DNA from: a virus
Lineage: Duplodnaviria > Caudoviricetes
IMG/VR virus record: IMGVR_UViG_3300021437_000025
Coordinates: 1-55,205 of that record
Reading direction: 5' to 3' (one strand)
Length of the DNA: 55,205 nucleotides
How positions within the stretch are numbered: position 1 is the first letter of the stretch; every line of letters starts with the position of its first letter. The position numbers were made by a program, and so were the translations under genes. The notes beneath the pieces were generated by a model. That model worked only from the letters and a program-made list of their open reading frames with translations. It did not search any database and was not told the origin of the DNA. This document shows positions 17,548 through 27,549 of the stretch, in pieces.

Positions 17548-18807
17548 TCATTGCACCTGATTGGTGGGATTGTAGAAGCCGACCTTCGGTAGATACGCCG
17601 CCTGCAATCCACGTATGGCCTTGATCTCATCGTAGGTCAGACCGCGGGCGTTAAGATCGGCATCGGAAATATCAGACATCGTCTTCAAATCATTGACTTC
17701 GAGAATGCTTGGTGTGCCGCGCTGGCGCACCATCTTTTTCGCGCTGGCAATGATGCCGCCGCCGAGATTCTTGGCGGTCGTCGTCAGATAATCATTGGCC
17801 TGCGATAATTTGTTTTTGCCGTACTCATAGATGCTCTTGGCGGTCTGTGGCAGACCGGTGACGGCGTCATTGATGGCCTTTTTCGCGGATTCATTTTTGG
17901 TGGTTGCGCTGGCGGCATCTGCTGAGATTTGTTCAGGAGTAATGACGCCGCTGGTGTCGCCGCCGCCAACGCCACCAGAAAAGTCTGGTGATTCTGCGGC
18001 CTGTGCGGCGTTGCCGCCAAACACCTCAGCCACCGGCTGGATGACGTTTCGGCTCGTCAAGTCTACGGCTCTGTCATAGAGACTGCCGGCGCCGCCTTTG
18101 GCGGCCTCCACCAACTGCGCGAACTTACTCTGCGGAGAGGCTGACGCCGCAATTGACGTGGGGATGCCATTGCCGTCACCTATGGCTCCTACATCTTTCA
18201 GCGTTGAAGAGGCGCTGACTACGCTAGGGCGCGTCACGGGTGCTGCCGCATTGATGGCACGACGAACTGGTGACGCAGCGGCGATAGGAGTTGGGGTTGC
18301 CGTCGGCTGCAGGGCTACGGGTTGTGGCTGTGGCTGTGGCGTGGCAGCGGCGATATCATTTCCGGCGCCTACGGGCAGCGGCGAGGAAACCGGCGCACCG
18401 CCGTCTGGCGGTAAGCCCTGCTTCAGCCAGTCCCATGGACGAAAACCGCTACTGGAGTTGGTGGTGTCGTACAGTGGCCGCAGGCTAGGTGACGGAGACG
18501 GAGACGAACCACCAGAGCCGGCGTCACCGGCGGACGCCAACGACAGGGCGCCAGGCGGCATCTGGCCAAGCGGCTGGCCGGTAGGCGACAACACTTGTCC
18601 GCTCGACTGCGGATAATCGCCGGTGGGCTTTGACTTGTCTAAAACAGCAGAACCAGGCAACACAGCTCTCCAAATGTCCATAATGTCTTCTTCATTCTTC
18701 TTCTTATTTTTATACTCCTCGTTCTTGCGCTGCTGCTCGCTGACCTCTCCGGCCAGACGCACACCGTGTTCTAAACCCTCAAGCAGACCACGTCCGAAAT
18801 TAGCCAT
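17548..18807 (-). CDS. internal virion (ejection) protein
   Basis: MANFGRGLLEG start; low-complexity sequence; position in the ejection cluster. Confidence 0.65.
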   Translation of the reverse strand: MANFGRGLLEGLEHGVRLAGEVSEQQRKNEEYKNKKKNEEDIMDIWRAVLPGSAVLDKSKPTGDYPQSSGQVLSPTGQPLGQMPPGALSLASAGDAGSGGSSPSPSPSLRPLYDTTNSSSGFRPWDWLKQGLPPDGGAPVSSPLPVGAGNDIAAATPQPQPQPVALQPTATPTPIAAASPVRRAINAAAPVTRPSVVSASSTLKDVGAIGDGNGIPTSIAASASPQSKFAQLVEAAKGGAGSLYDRAVDLTSRNVIQPVAEVFGGNAAQAAESPDFSGGVGGGDTSGVITPEQISADAASATTKNESAKKAINDAVTGLPQTAKSIYEYGKNKLSQANDYLTTTAKNLGGGIIASAKKMVRQRGTPSILEVNDLKTMSDISDADLNARGLTYDEIKAIRGLQAAYLPKVGFYNPTNQVQ

Positions 18808-18825
18808 GACTTTAATCACCATCAT

Positions 18826-20169
18826 TCAAGTAAAAAATGGTAGTTTAGGGATGGCGAAGCCAGCCGCCTCGCCAAGGATATTACCAAAGACGCTGCCCTG
18901 CTGATTTTGCGCATTGAAGGCGTTGATCTGGCTGTTGTAGAGATTATTGAGGCCGCCGATGCCGGCGCTGAAAAATGGCACCGCCGATGAGCGGCCGGCT
19001 ATCTGTGTGCCTATTGCCTGATCGAAATTACCCACCGCCGAATTGCCGGCGTTGAGCGTGGTGGCGTAGGACGAGCCTGCGGTATTCGGCATGTTGCGGC
19101 CGAAGTTGATGATGCCGCCGCGGGCGGCCTTATCGGTGTTGTATAAGGCGGTGCGGGCATTATTCATGGCGCCGGCCTTGTTGGCGGCGACGGCGGTGAG
19201 GCCGCGGTTCATCGCCTCGGCGTACTGCGGTGAGCTTGGATCGACGCCTGTACTTGTCAGATACCGCGCCAGCTGCTGACGCTCGGCGTCGGCCTGCTGC
19301 TCGACTTCCGCGCCAGCACGCCCTGCCGCAGTTTCGGCGGCCTGACGTTCCAAGCCGCGTTGCGCCATGAGCTCATTGGCACGAGACTTGATATCAGCTA
19401 AACCGGCAGTATAGGCGTTATTGATGTTCTTGGCTTCGGTATTGTAATAACTCTCCGGCAGTCCGCCGACATTCCTGGTCGTAGTCGTAGTAGTCGTCGT
19501 TCCATTATTACCCTGTCCAGCAGCGCCGACACTACTGCCTGGCGTCGAGTTGACGGCAACTACACGACCGTTTTGGATGATAGTACCATCACCAAATGGC
19601 GCAGCATTAGAGGAGGTGGGGCTTAAGCCGATGATCTTCTGTCCTGTTCTTGTATTCAGCCATATGGAATCACCGCCAAAAGACCCGACGCCCAATCTTG
19701 CCGGCCCGGTGTTGATCCACTGTCCGATGCTACTGTCGGCTGCTAGATTAGTCTTGTTTTCTGTGACGGTTTGCCCTATACCGCCCTGCCGTCGTTTCGC
19801 CAGATCGGCGAGTTGCTGATCCCGCTCCTGGGCCAGCACAGTGCCGTACCTATCAGTCATGGAACCGATGAGCTTCTGCGCGTCTTCGTCGCTCATCTCG
19901 GTGAATGCCAGCGAGTCCAGCACGGCGCGGTCCTCGACAGGCTGGTAAGCGCCTAGGTAATTTGTCCATTGTTGCTCGGCACGCTGCTGGCTCTGATCGC
20001 CGATGCTCAACTGCTGGTCCACAACGCGCCGCACCAGGTTCATCTGTTCAGGCGTGACCTCGTTCTTGATCCAGTTGAATTGATCGCGTCCAAGCCGAAT
20101 GGACTCCCTGCTGGCTATGCCGATCTGCGGATCTGGTTTTGGTGCACTGCCTTTACCGCCGCCACCCAT
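18826..20169 (-). CDS. internal virion / DNA pilot-like protein
   Basis: MGGGGKGSAPKPDPQIG start and Gly/Ala/Asn-rich C-terminus; follows the GNAT gene as in many podoviruses. Confidence 0.7.
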   Translation of the reverse strand: MGGGGKGSAPKPDPQIGIASRESIRLGRDQFNWIKNEVTPEQMNLVRRVVDQQLSIGDQSQQRAEQQWTNYLGAYQPVEDRAVLDSLAFTEMSDEDAQKLIGSMTDRYGTVLAQERDQQLADLAKRRQGGIGQTVTENKTNLAADSSIGQWINTGPARLGVGSFGGDSIWLNTRTGQKIIGLSPTSSNAAPFGDGTIIQNGRVVAVNSTPGSSVGAAGQGNNGTTTTTTTTRNVGGLPESYYNTEAKNINNAYTAGLADIKSRANELMAQRGLERQAAETAAGRAGAEVEQQADAERQQLARYLTSTGVDPSSPQYAEAMNRGLTAVAANKAGAMNNARTALYNTDKAARGGIINFGRNMPNTAGSSYATTLNAGNSAVGNFDQAIGTQIAGRSSAVPFFSAGIGGLNNLYNSQINAFNAQNQQGSVFGNILGEAAGFAIPKLPFFT

Positions 20170-20178
20170 GGTGATCTC

Positions 20179-20643
20179 CTATGCCGCAATCTGTTTAACA
20201 AGTTCGAGGTCTTTGGCCGTGGGCCTGATCCACGGACAGTCCTCGCGCAACATCCCCAACAACACGCCATCGCGTTCCCCAAATGCCTTACGCACGACGC
20301 CCTCATGCACAAAGCCAAGCCTCAAATTGAAGTCAAGCGAATGGGCGTTGTCCTCGTGGACTATGGCCGTCACGCGCCGGCATTGAAGCTGCCAGAAGGG
20401 ATACCGGAAGATCGGCCGCAACACCTTGCGCGATAAGTACCGCTGATGCTTGCACGCGCACGACATCTCAATGTCGGTGCCGCGATAATGCGAATAGACG
20501 ACGGCGCCGACGAGATCATCACCGTCCCAAAACGAGATGATCGACGGGTCGTCGAACACCGGGCGGCATGGGATCTGACTGCCAACCCAGGCGGCGATCA
20601 GCAGCTTCTGTTCGGCGTCACGCGGGCTGTAGATCTTCAACAT
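20179..20643 (-). CDS. GNAT-family acetyltransferase of the virion module
   Basis: IFRYPF.QL.C.RVT...N..S......LGF..EG..R motif. Confidence 0.85.
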   Translation of the reverse strand: MLKIYSPRDAEQKLLIAAWVGSQIPCRPVFDDPSIISFWDGDDLVGAVVYSHYRGTDIEMSCACKHQRYLSRKVLRPIFRYPFWQLQCRRVTAIVHEDNAHSLDFNLRLGFVHEGVVRKAFGERDGVLLGMLREDCPWIRPTAKDLELVKQIAA

Positions 20644-20659
20644 TCAGAACATCTCCAAT

Positions 20660-20683
20660 AAAAAACCCGCCGAGGCGGGTTTA
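20660..20683 (-). terminator. Rho-independent terminator downstream of the SGNH gene
   Basis: Minus strand AAACCCGCCTCGGCGGGTTTTTT: hairpin plus U-tract. Confidence 0.8.
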
Positions 20684-20704
20684 TTTGGTCGGACTGTTTT
20701 CTGT

Positions 20705-21385
20705 TTAGTTACAATTTACACCTGTCAATGCAACAATATATTTTGTCCATGCCGCAAAGCGATAATAACGGGAAAGTTGCGAACTAGCCGACAAATGGAC
20801 GCCATCGGTTTGTAATGATGTACCAGTCGCATAACCGTCGGTTGCCGTGATCTGATTAGGCCACCACCAGTCCAAAAATGAGTTTTTTTGATAGTTGCTT
20901 GCATAAGCGACATTTTGTATTATTTTATTGATGTTGGATCGAGCAGTTAGATCAGTACTAAAATTAGATGCGAACGGCGGAATAGGCCACAAAATCACTT
21001 TTGATCCATAAGCAATAAATATATTTACTATGGTTTGTAAATCACTCTGCATGGAAGCCCATTCCGAAGAGTTATGATCAAGATTAATGTTGTTTGTTCC
21101 TATCATCAGATGCACATATTTGGGCTGTGTAACTCTTGCAATTTCATCAGCCATGTTTGCAATATCCCTGATCCTCGCACCGCCAAATCCAGCATTGATG
21201 GTTGTACAGCCGGAATTTATATTCCACCAGTAGGCTTCAGTATTGGAATCTCCTAACAAAAGCATCTTATGCAGCCCTGTATTTTGGGCTTGTAGGCTGA
21301 TAATCGCTTCGCGCGTTTTCCAATGCGGAAGATCGGCCATGGCGATTGCTGGTATAATTAGTAATATCAGCATTAAAATCTTCAT
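20705..21385 (-). CDS. secreted SGNH/GDSL hydrolase (moron)
   Basis: GDSN, NAGFGG, GTNN and DGVH blocks; signal peptide MKILMLILLIIPAIAMA; AT-rich. Confidence 0.9.
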   Translation of the reverse strand: MKILMLILLIIPAIAMADLPHWKTREAIISLQAQNTGLHKMLLLGDSNTEAYWWNINSGCTTINAGFGGARIRDIANMADEIARVTQPKYVHLMIGTNNINLDHNSSEWASMQSDLQTIVNIFIAYGSKVILWPIPPFASNFSTDLTARSNINKIIQNVAYASNYQKNSFLDWWWPNQITATDGYATGTSLQTDGVHLSASSQLSRYYRFAAWTKYIVALTGVNCN

Positions 21386-22707
21386 TATTTAATCCTCAAA
21401 ACTGAAATAGTGCTGTCTTTTGAACTTCCTGAAAAGTTAAATAATATTTTCCCTGATGCAGAGCTGGAGTCTGCCACGGAAATCCTAATATTTGCTGCTG
21501 GATTAGTAATATAGCCTGACAACGAGAGAGATTTAACTGCTGATGCGGCTTCCGTTCGCTGAGTCGTTGAAGCAATCACGGTCGTACCATCCCATAGTTT
21601 GGCGTTCATATTAGCCGCTCCAACTGTATCTTGAACCGTTACTGTGCCGTTTGCAAACCATGTTCCAGTAGTTCCTTGTGCAACACTTGGGCCGTCAAAA
21701 TAAATGGCGCTAGTATTAATAAGTACATCTGCCCCCAATGAATTGGTAAACTGTGAAGTATTTGATGCCGCGCCATCCTGCCGCTCTATGACCAGACGGA
21801 ATTGTGTCGTGGTTATGGCTGTTACTTCGATAATATCTCCTGCGGTTGCTGTATATGTTGATCCAGAAGCAACGCCCTGAATGAGCATGTTCACGCCGGC
21901 GGTAAAAGATGCGCCGCCAGTCGTCACCAGCCTTCGTTGCGCACCGGCTTGTGGTGCGGCGGCAAAGCCTGTGGCTGTTATTACGCCCGTATAGCTTATG
22001 GTATTGGCGGTATTAGTCCAGATATCAGGGGTAACGCTTGAGGCTACTGTTGAGAGGCCAAAATTAACGGCACCCGTCATAGTGCCACCAGCTAGAGGAA
22101 GGAGTAATGACAGCGTCCGTGGATTGAGGAGAACGTGATTAGTGCCGTTGCTGAAAAACAGGCACATGGCGTTGGTCTTGATGTCGGCCACAGCCAGCGC
22201 CAGGTTATTTTCCTTGACGATGGTCAGCGGCCCGAAACTGTTGAGATTGAGCGTCGGCGTAGTCGTGGCGTTGTCGGCACTGGCCTTGAGCATGAAAAAT
22301 CCGACCTCTGACAACTGCGCTGGCGCCGGCGTCAACGACGCCGTCAGTGCGTCGGCGGTGCCACCGGCGGTGCCGGCGTAAATCGCCGACCCGGCTTGAT
22401 TGACGAAATAAGCGAGATCGGCTGATGTCAGCACCAGGGCGAAGGCGCTGCCGCTGGCGAACGATAGCGCGCTCGTGCCTAGCTGGGCGCGGGCGATGGT
22501 GAAGACATCGGCGCCGGCGTTGGACGTGGCCTTGACATACTCGTAGTTGCCGCTGGTGTCGGTGAGCTTGGCGTAAAACCAGTCATTGGCCGCCAGTGTC
22601 GGGAAGCGCGTCGCCTTCGTGCCGGCGGTGATTTGCACGGTGGTATCGGCGATGCCGATGGCAATCGCCAGTTTAGATACCGCGTTCTCTTTGAGTTTGT
22701 TCGCCAT
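21385..22707 (-). CDS. tail fibre / receptor-binding protein
   Basis: N-terminal anchor-like segment (FPTLAANDWFYAKL..NYEYVK.T); LPLAGGTMTG fibre motif; Thr/Ala/Gly-rich. Confidence 0.8.
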   Translation of the reverse strand: MANKLKENAVSKLAIAIGIADTTVQITAGTKATRFPTLAANDWFYAKLTDTSGNYEYVKATSNAGADVFTIARAQLGTSALSFASGSAFALVLTSADLAYFVNQAGSAIYAGTAGGTADALTASLTPAPAQLSEVGFFMLKASADNATTTPTLNLNSFGPLTIVKENNLALAVADIKTNAMCLFFSNGTNHVLLNPRTLSLLLPLAGGTMTGAVNFGLSTVASSVTPDIWTNTANTISYTGVITATGFAAAPQAGAQRRLVTTGGASFTAGVNMLIQGVASGSTYTATAGDIIEVTAITTTQFRLVIERQDGAASNTSQFTNSLGADVLINTSAIYFDGPSVAQGTTGTWFANGTVTVQDTVGAANMNAKLWDGTTVIASTTQRTEAASAVKSLSLSGYITNPAANIRISVADSSSASGKILFNFSGSSKDSTISVLRIK

Positions 22708-22708
22708 G

Positions 22709-22948
22709 TCAGTCCTGTAACTGTGTCAATATCTCGTTGATCTTCGCTACTAGTGTATGTTGGTCGGCCACGAGTTTGTTGTAATCGTCCGCCGCCGGCG
22801 CGCCGCTGATATTCGTCGCCGTCAACGTGCCGATGCTTTGGATCTTGCCGCCACGTCGGCCCATGATGATTTCCATGCAGATCACCAGCTTCTCGATGAA
22901 ATCGGGATTGTTACTGGCAATCCCCAAACCTGGTTTGATCTTGGCCAT
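22709..22948 (-). CDS. small tail-associated protein
   Basis: Coupled to the tail tube gene; EIIMGRRG motif. Confidence 0.6.
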   Translation of the reverse strand: MAKIKPGLGIASNNPDFIEKLVICMEIIMGRRGGKIQSIGTLTATNISGAPAADDYNKLVADQHTLVAKINEILTQLQD

Positions 22949-25050
22949 CAGACCTGCTTCAATTCGGAGATGGACTCCGCCATCTCCAACGGCGGCGATA
23001 TCGTGATGTTGGTAATGAACTCGACCTCGTAGTAATCGGCCATGTAGCCCTTCGGCAGCGTGAAGGATTTGCTGTTAAATACCTGTTTGCTGAATTTCAG
23101 CGCGCCGTCGGCGTAGAGATTGAAGGTGATGCCCTGGAATTGGGTTTTGATCAACTGCTGCGCCAGATCGCCAGCGAAGGTGATCTCCGCCGGCGACTGC
23201 GAGGCAAATGCCGCCTCAGTGTTGTCCGTCGTGGTGGCGCCGATGCCGGCCAATAACGTCGTATTGCTGGCAACGATGGCGGCATTGGCGGCCGTAATGG
23301 CGTCTTGTTCCGCCTGTGTTTGGGTGAAATCGCTGGCAATCCTCGCCACCTTCATATTGCCAGGCTTCGGCAACTTGAATTTCTTACTTTTCCACTGGGC
23401 GGTCTGATTGACGCCGGCGCTGGAATCCCACTGCTTGATAGCAGTGGTATCGACGATATACGCAAGGCCGGTCTCAGGATCGCGCCAGGCACCGTTGATG
23501 GCGTAATTGTTCGTGGACAGCGTCGCCAATGCTTCCTGTGGATCGAATATGAAAGCCTGGCCGTTGTTGTTGATGTCGCGCCAGAAGGCATAGTAGCGGT
23601 CGTCATAAGCAAACGAGATCGCCGCTGAGACGCCGGTAACACTGTCATGAAAGGCGTCGCGGTCGTAGAAATTCCGCGTGACCAACTGGCTGTTCAGCGT
23701 GTCGTTCAGCACCAACCCCATGTCGCTGAGATACAACACGCCATAACCGCTGCTGACGATGCTGAGCTTGCTCATACAGGGATAATTCACGGCCCGCCGC
23801 GTGAGCGACATCCCATCAGGGCTGATGCCTGTGGCAATCTCAGGCGTGCCGGTGGTGCAGACGACGACGGAATTGCCGTAGACGCCGAGGCCGACGATGG
23901 GATAGGCCGTCGCCTTGCAGTAGGCTGCCGGCCACGCATAGGGCTTGTACGGCTCAGAGAAACAGAGGATGTTGCCTTTACTGAATCCTGCGAAGAAACC
24001 GCCGGGTAACGCGACGATGCCGGCGAGATCGCCTGGCGGCATATCAAGGTACGTCGTCGGCTGAACGCCGCCCAACTGGCTGTCGCTCAAACTGTCGTTG
24101 TAAGTCGCAGCCGCCGTCTGCTCGGCGACGAAATAATAGTATTGCTGCGTGCCAGGCGATGTCGTGATCGTGCGGTAGATGCGCTGTTTCAGGCCGTTGA
24201 TGTTATACGGTGCGTAGCGTTTCCACGTCCCGCCGCTGGTGTAGATCTGCGCCGTTGTCAACAGCACTCTGAAAGTGGTATTTGACGGCACATCGTAGAC
24301 CAGGAAGTCGGCATTCAGGTTCGTCATGCCGACCACGCCAGTGATGTTGATCTTGTGACCGGCGTGCAGCCAGTGATTAGCCGTCGTCGTCACCGTCACC
24401 AGCCCGGTGGCGCCTGCATAGGTGGCGCCGCTGAGGCTGCCGGTATTGAGCGGCCCAGTATTCATCCCCGACAGTACCCAAGTACCCAACGCGCCGGTGC
24501 CGAGCGTCGCCGGCGAGATCGCCGACTCCTCGCCCCAGCCGTTGACGAAGGTATAAACGTATGCCCGCGTGACCGTGGTGCCGGCCGGCGGCGTCACCGT
24601 CGGCGCCGTCAATGGCGCCGGTATGCCCAAGGCGTAAAACGCACGTGGATAATCCGTCGCGCCGGCCTCGCCGTAGCCGCTGGGATAATTGTCTATGCCA
24701 TTGACATTGTCGGTCTTGGAAATCGCCATCTCCAAGCGGGTAACGCGCGGCTCACCATCGCCGGTGTAGTAGAGCCGTGTCCAGGTATCTCCCAGGAGTG
24801 GCGCCCGCCAGACATCTATGTTGTCAATCCAATGCAGCCAGTAATCAACGCCGGCGCTGGAAATCCTGTACATGCTTTTCTTCGTGCCTGACTTCGACGG
24901 TGTGTTGACTGGATTCGGCGCCCGCAACGGCTTTAACACGCCGTTCCACAGCTTGCAATTATTGGCGGCCTGCGCGGCGAAGTCCGGCAGTTGCCTGGCG
25001 TCTATGCGCGGCAGTATGCCGCCGAGCCTGGGAATGACGATGCCAGCCAC
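22948..25050 (-). CDS. tail tubular / nozzle (stabilisation-type) protein
   Basis: PRID.R.LP..AQ.A.N, YVYTFVN.WGEES, FSEPY.PYAWP and WKSKKF motifs typical of podovirus tail tube proteins. Confidence 0.75.
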   Translation of the reverse strand: MAGIVIPRLGGILPRIDARQLPDFAAQAANNCKLWNGVLKPLRAPNPVNTPSKSGTKKSMYRISSAGVDYWLHWIDNIDVWRAPLLGDTWTRLYYTGDGEPRVTRLEMAISKTDNVNGIDNYPSGYGEAGATDYPRAFYALGIPAPLTAPTVTPPAGTTVTRAYVYTFVNGWGEESAISPATLGTGALGTWVLSGMNTGPLNTGSLSGATYAGATGLVTVTTTANHWLHAGHKINITGVVGMTNLNADFLVYDVPSNTTFRVLLTTAQIYTSGGTWKRYAPYNINGLKQRIYRTITTSPGTQQYYYFVAEQTAAATYNDSLSDSQLGGVQPTTYLDMPPGDLAGIVALPGGFFAGFSKGNILCFSEPYKPYAWPAAYCKATAYPIVGLGVYGNSVVVCTTGTPEIATGISPDGMSLTRRAVNYPCMSKLSIVSSGYGVLYLSDMGLVLNDTLNSQLVTRNFYDRDAFHDSVTGVSAAISFAYDDRYYAFWRDINNNGQAFIFDPQEALATLSTNNYAINGAWRDPETGLAYIVDTTAIKQWDSSAGVNQTAQWKSKKFKLPKPGNMKVARIASDFTQTQAEQDAITAANAAIVASNTTLLAGIGATTTDNTEAAFASQSPAEITFAGDLAQQLIKTQFQGITFNLYADGALKFSKQVFNSKSFTLPKGYMADYYEVEFITNITISPPLEMAESISELKQV

Positions 25051-25051
25051 G

Positions 25052-25687
25052 TCACACCTGTGACGGCGTCGTCAGCGTGGAGCGTGTCTTCATCGCCCTG
25101 GTGCGGACATGATGACAACTGTTGATGAACAGCTTCCACCGCGAGGCACCAGTCTGTAGATCAGTGTACGGTTTCTTCGGTATGAGCATGATCTTGCCGA
25201 TGGCGCCGTCGGCGATGCGCTCGTGATATTCCTGGAACAATATATCGTCGATGCCGCTGGCACTGTTCGATGGCTTCAAGCTGACGAACAACTTCAAGCC
25301 AGCGGTAAACGCCAGCGCTGGGATCGGCACGATACGGATGTCGCGGTCATCAGGCGCGACGTAAAACAGCGGGTTGCCCTTCTGCGTCTGCCAGTTGTTG
25401 TATACCATAGCCAACTCATCAGGCGTACGCGCGAAGATCTCAAAGTCGTTGTGCCACGCCTGAATGACATCGGCGACCACGGTATCAACTGGCGGAGCGC
25501 CGGCGGAGTAGGCGTAGGTATGCTGACCTACGACGACATCAATCGGCGTCAGGTTGACCTGCCATATCCATGTGCGGCGGAAGAACTCGATGCACGCTTT
25601 CCTGATCTCGATCAATGCCAACGCCTGCGGACAGCCCGGCACATGCGGCAGGACATCGTCGTAGAAACTCGTGAGGGCGGTCGTCAT
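25052..25687 (-). CDS. head-tail adaptor protein
   Basis: VLPHVPGCP...EF.RRT.IW and Y.E.IA.GA...M.IP.KPYT motifs; position. Confidence 0.7.
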   Translation of the reverse strand: MTTALTSFYDDVLPHVPGCPQALALIEIRKACIEFFRRTWIWQVNLTPIDVVVGQHTYAYSAGAPPVDTVVADVIQAWHNDFEIFARTPDELAMVYNNWQTQKGNPLFYVAPDDRDIRIVPIPALAFTAGLKLFVSLKPSNSASGIDDILFQEYHERIADGAIGKIMLIPKKPYTDLQTGASRWKLFINSCHHVRTRAMKTRSTLTTPSQV

Positions 25688-25688
25688 G

Positions 25689-26015
25689 TCAGCCAGCGGT
25701 TTCCTTCATCAGCGCGAAGAACGATGTCGCCCTGCTGTTTTCGGCAAACTCGGCATCGACGGTCTCCGCCCTGGCGGTGACGTAATCGGCAACTGGTTGT
25801 TCGTATGGAGCGCCAAGCGGGAACGTATCGCCGAGCGCCAGTGCCGTCGTCGGCAGTGACAGGTAACTGCCGATAAACAAATCAGGTCGGACTATGATTA
25901 GCCGCTGGATAGCGCGGTTGGTGTAATTGAGCAGCGTGGCGTCGTCGTATCTAGTCTTACTGTCGTCATTAAGCGGGATCCGCGCCAAATCGACGATGTT
26001 CTGCATAGTTGACAA
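25689..26015 (-). CDS. head-completion / adaptor protein (DUF6682-like)
   Basis: IVD.AR..LND....RY....LL.Y.N.A......RPD motif. Confidence 0.65.
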   Translation of the reverse strand: MSTMQNIVDLARIPLNDDSKTRYDDATLLNYTNRAIQRLIIVRPDLFIGSYLSLPTTALALGDTFPLGAPYEQPVADYVTARAETVDAEFAENSRATSFFALMKETAG

Positions 26016-26074
26016 AGGCTATCTCCTGTGGCGCATGCGCGCTAACGTTACTTTGAACTCATGCTCCCACCCAT

Positions 26075-26443
26075 TTATAGGATGATGAATCTTTTACGGC
26101 AGGTGATGACCACGGTGAGACTGGTGGTGCCGTCGCCGGCTGTCACGCGCGGCCGTGTAAAGGCTGGCACTTCCAATATTTGCTCGTGACCTGCGGCGGT
26201 TATGGCCAGAGTTACAGACGAGGCGTTGCGCAGCGCAGCATATGTCGAGCCTGGATCAGGCGCGCCCTCGACCGTCACCGAGCCGCCGACGCCGAACGTA
26301 CCGAAAACTTCAACGGAGCGGTCGGCATAATTGCTGTGATTCGGCGAGATCGGCGCGCCGTCATCGCCATTCAGCATGCCGCCATAGGAGAAGACGATGG
26401 TATCGTTGCCGACGAAGGTAACAGTTGGATTTCGAGTAGCCAC
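26075..26443 (-). CDS. virion structural protein (beta-rich)
   Basis: SV.V.GTFG.GGSVT.EG...RPRVTAGDGTT motif; position. Confidence 0.6.
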   Translation of the reverse strand: MATRNPTVTFVGNDTIVFSYGGMLNGDDGAPISPNHSNYADRSVEVFGTFGVGGSVTVEGAPDPGSTYAALRNASSVTLAITAAGHEQILEVPAFTRPRVTAGDGTTSLTVVITCRKRFIIL

Positions 26444-26446
26444 GTG

Positions 26447-26962
26447 TTAGTTCTCCTGTAAGACATCCGCCAGCCATTGTGGGCCTTTGGGGTTGGGGTC
26501 TTTGTTGACCGTAAACGGATATTGCAGGCCGCGGCTGCTGGGATAGCGCACGCGGCGCTCATCACCATGCATATATTGCTCACTGCCGATGGCTGCTGGC
26601 TTGGCGCGCGCCAGTCGCTCAACGTACTTGCGCTTTACGATGGTCTTTGTTTCACGCCAGACTTGCACCTGCCTGCCCTGCACGGAAACCGGGACAGGGT
26701 TTTCCTCGTTCTTCTGCCCGGAAGACAAAATGGTGATGATGAGGCGCTCCTCCATAAACGCCAATTCCTCCTCCTGAACATTGCTGAACCTGGCACCGAC
26801 GGTAATAACTTCCGGCTCGGTCAGCGCTATTTCTGAATCCTGCGAATCGACGACTTTTTCAAGACCGCTGATCTGTTCAAATTCCCTTGGTTTCAGTTGT
26901 TCGATCTGCTCACGGCTGGGATCGATTGCCACACGAGGCTTGCTGCGGTTGCTGCTGGCCAT
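26447..26962 (-). CDS. conserved head-module protein
   Basis: ELAFMEE, VKRKYVERLARAK and YPF.V..DPNP.G..WL motifs; AGGAGG RBS. Confidence 0.65.
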   Translation of the reverse strand: MASSNRSKPRVAIDPSREQIEQLKPREFEQISGLEKVVDSQDSEIALTEPEVITVGARFSNVQEEELAFMEERLIITILSSGQKNEENPVPVSVQGRQVQVWRETKTIVKRKYVERLARAKPAAIGSEQYMHGDERRVRYPSSRGLQYPFTVNKDPNPKGPQWLADVLQEN

Positions 26963-26989
26963 AAATCTGTCCTCCTAAATTGATGGATA

Positions 26990-27019
26990 AAACAGAAAGG
27001 GGGCCGAAGCCCCCTCTTC
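26990..27019 (-). terminator. Rho-independent terminator with UUCG loop
   Basis: Minus strand GAAGAGGGGGC-TTCG-GCCCCCTTTC followed by TGTTT. Confidence 0.75.
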
Positions 27020-27043
27020 CGTAAACTGCTTTGTCGCGGTGGA

Positions 27044-27529
27044 TTAGCTGATCTGTGGCCGCGCCGGCTGAACCAGCACGTCGACAACCGTGTGGCTGAG
27101 ACCGGTGGCGTTCCAGTTCGAGCTGCCGAACGTCCAGGTGCCGACTGTGGTGCTGCCGGCCTTAATGACGTGATAGGCGAACGGACACAGTGTGTCGGGG
27201 ACGCCGGGGAATTGCGGATACACCTTGAAATTGCCCGCGGAATCCAGATCGGCGGCTGGGCCGGCGACAACCTTGACGTTGCCGGGGAGATCCAGACACC
27301 AAACCACGACCATGCCCTTGTTGGGCACCAGCGTGATCGCATTGCCGGTGACGGCATCGGTCGTCGGCGATGCGCCGGCAGTGACCGTCGCCTTCGTCGC
27401 CGCCTTGCCAAGCACGGCGTACTGCAGCGTGGTCGCACCGGTGGAGAAGGTGGTCGCCGCGCCGGAAATACCGGTCAAACCCGCCTTGACGCAGAGGAAT
27501 GTATGACCTTGGGTGAACTCGTTTAACAT
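27044..27529 (-). CDS. putative capsid decoration / cement protein
   Basis: Second gene after the major capsid gene; Thr/Gly/Ala-rich beta protein. Confidence 0.55.
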   Translation of the reverse strand: MLNEFTQGHTFLCVKAGLTGISGAATTFSTGATTLQYAVLGKAATKATVTAGASPTTDAVTGNAITLVPNKGMVVVWCLDLPGNVKVVAGPAADLDSAGNFKVYPQFPGVPDTLCPFAYHVIKAGSTTVGTWTFGSSNWNATGLSHTVVDVLVQPARPQIS

Positions 27530-27549
27530 TGATTTTCCCTCCTACGGGT

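Noticed and set aside
21385-22707. Diversity-generating retroelement acting on the tail fibre
   Set aside because: No reverse transcriptase ORF and no template/variable repeat pair were seen.
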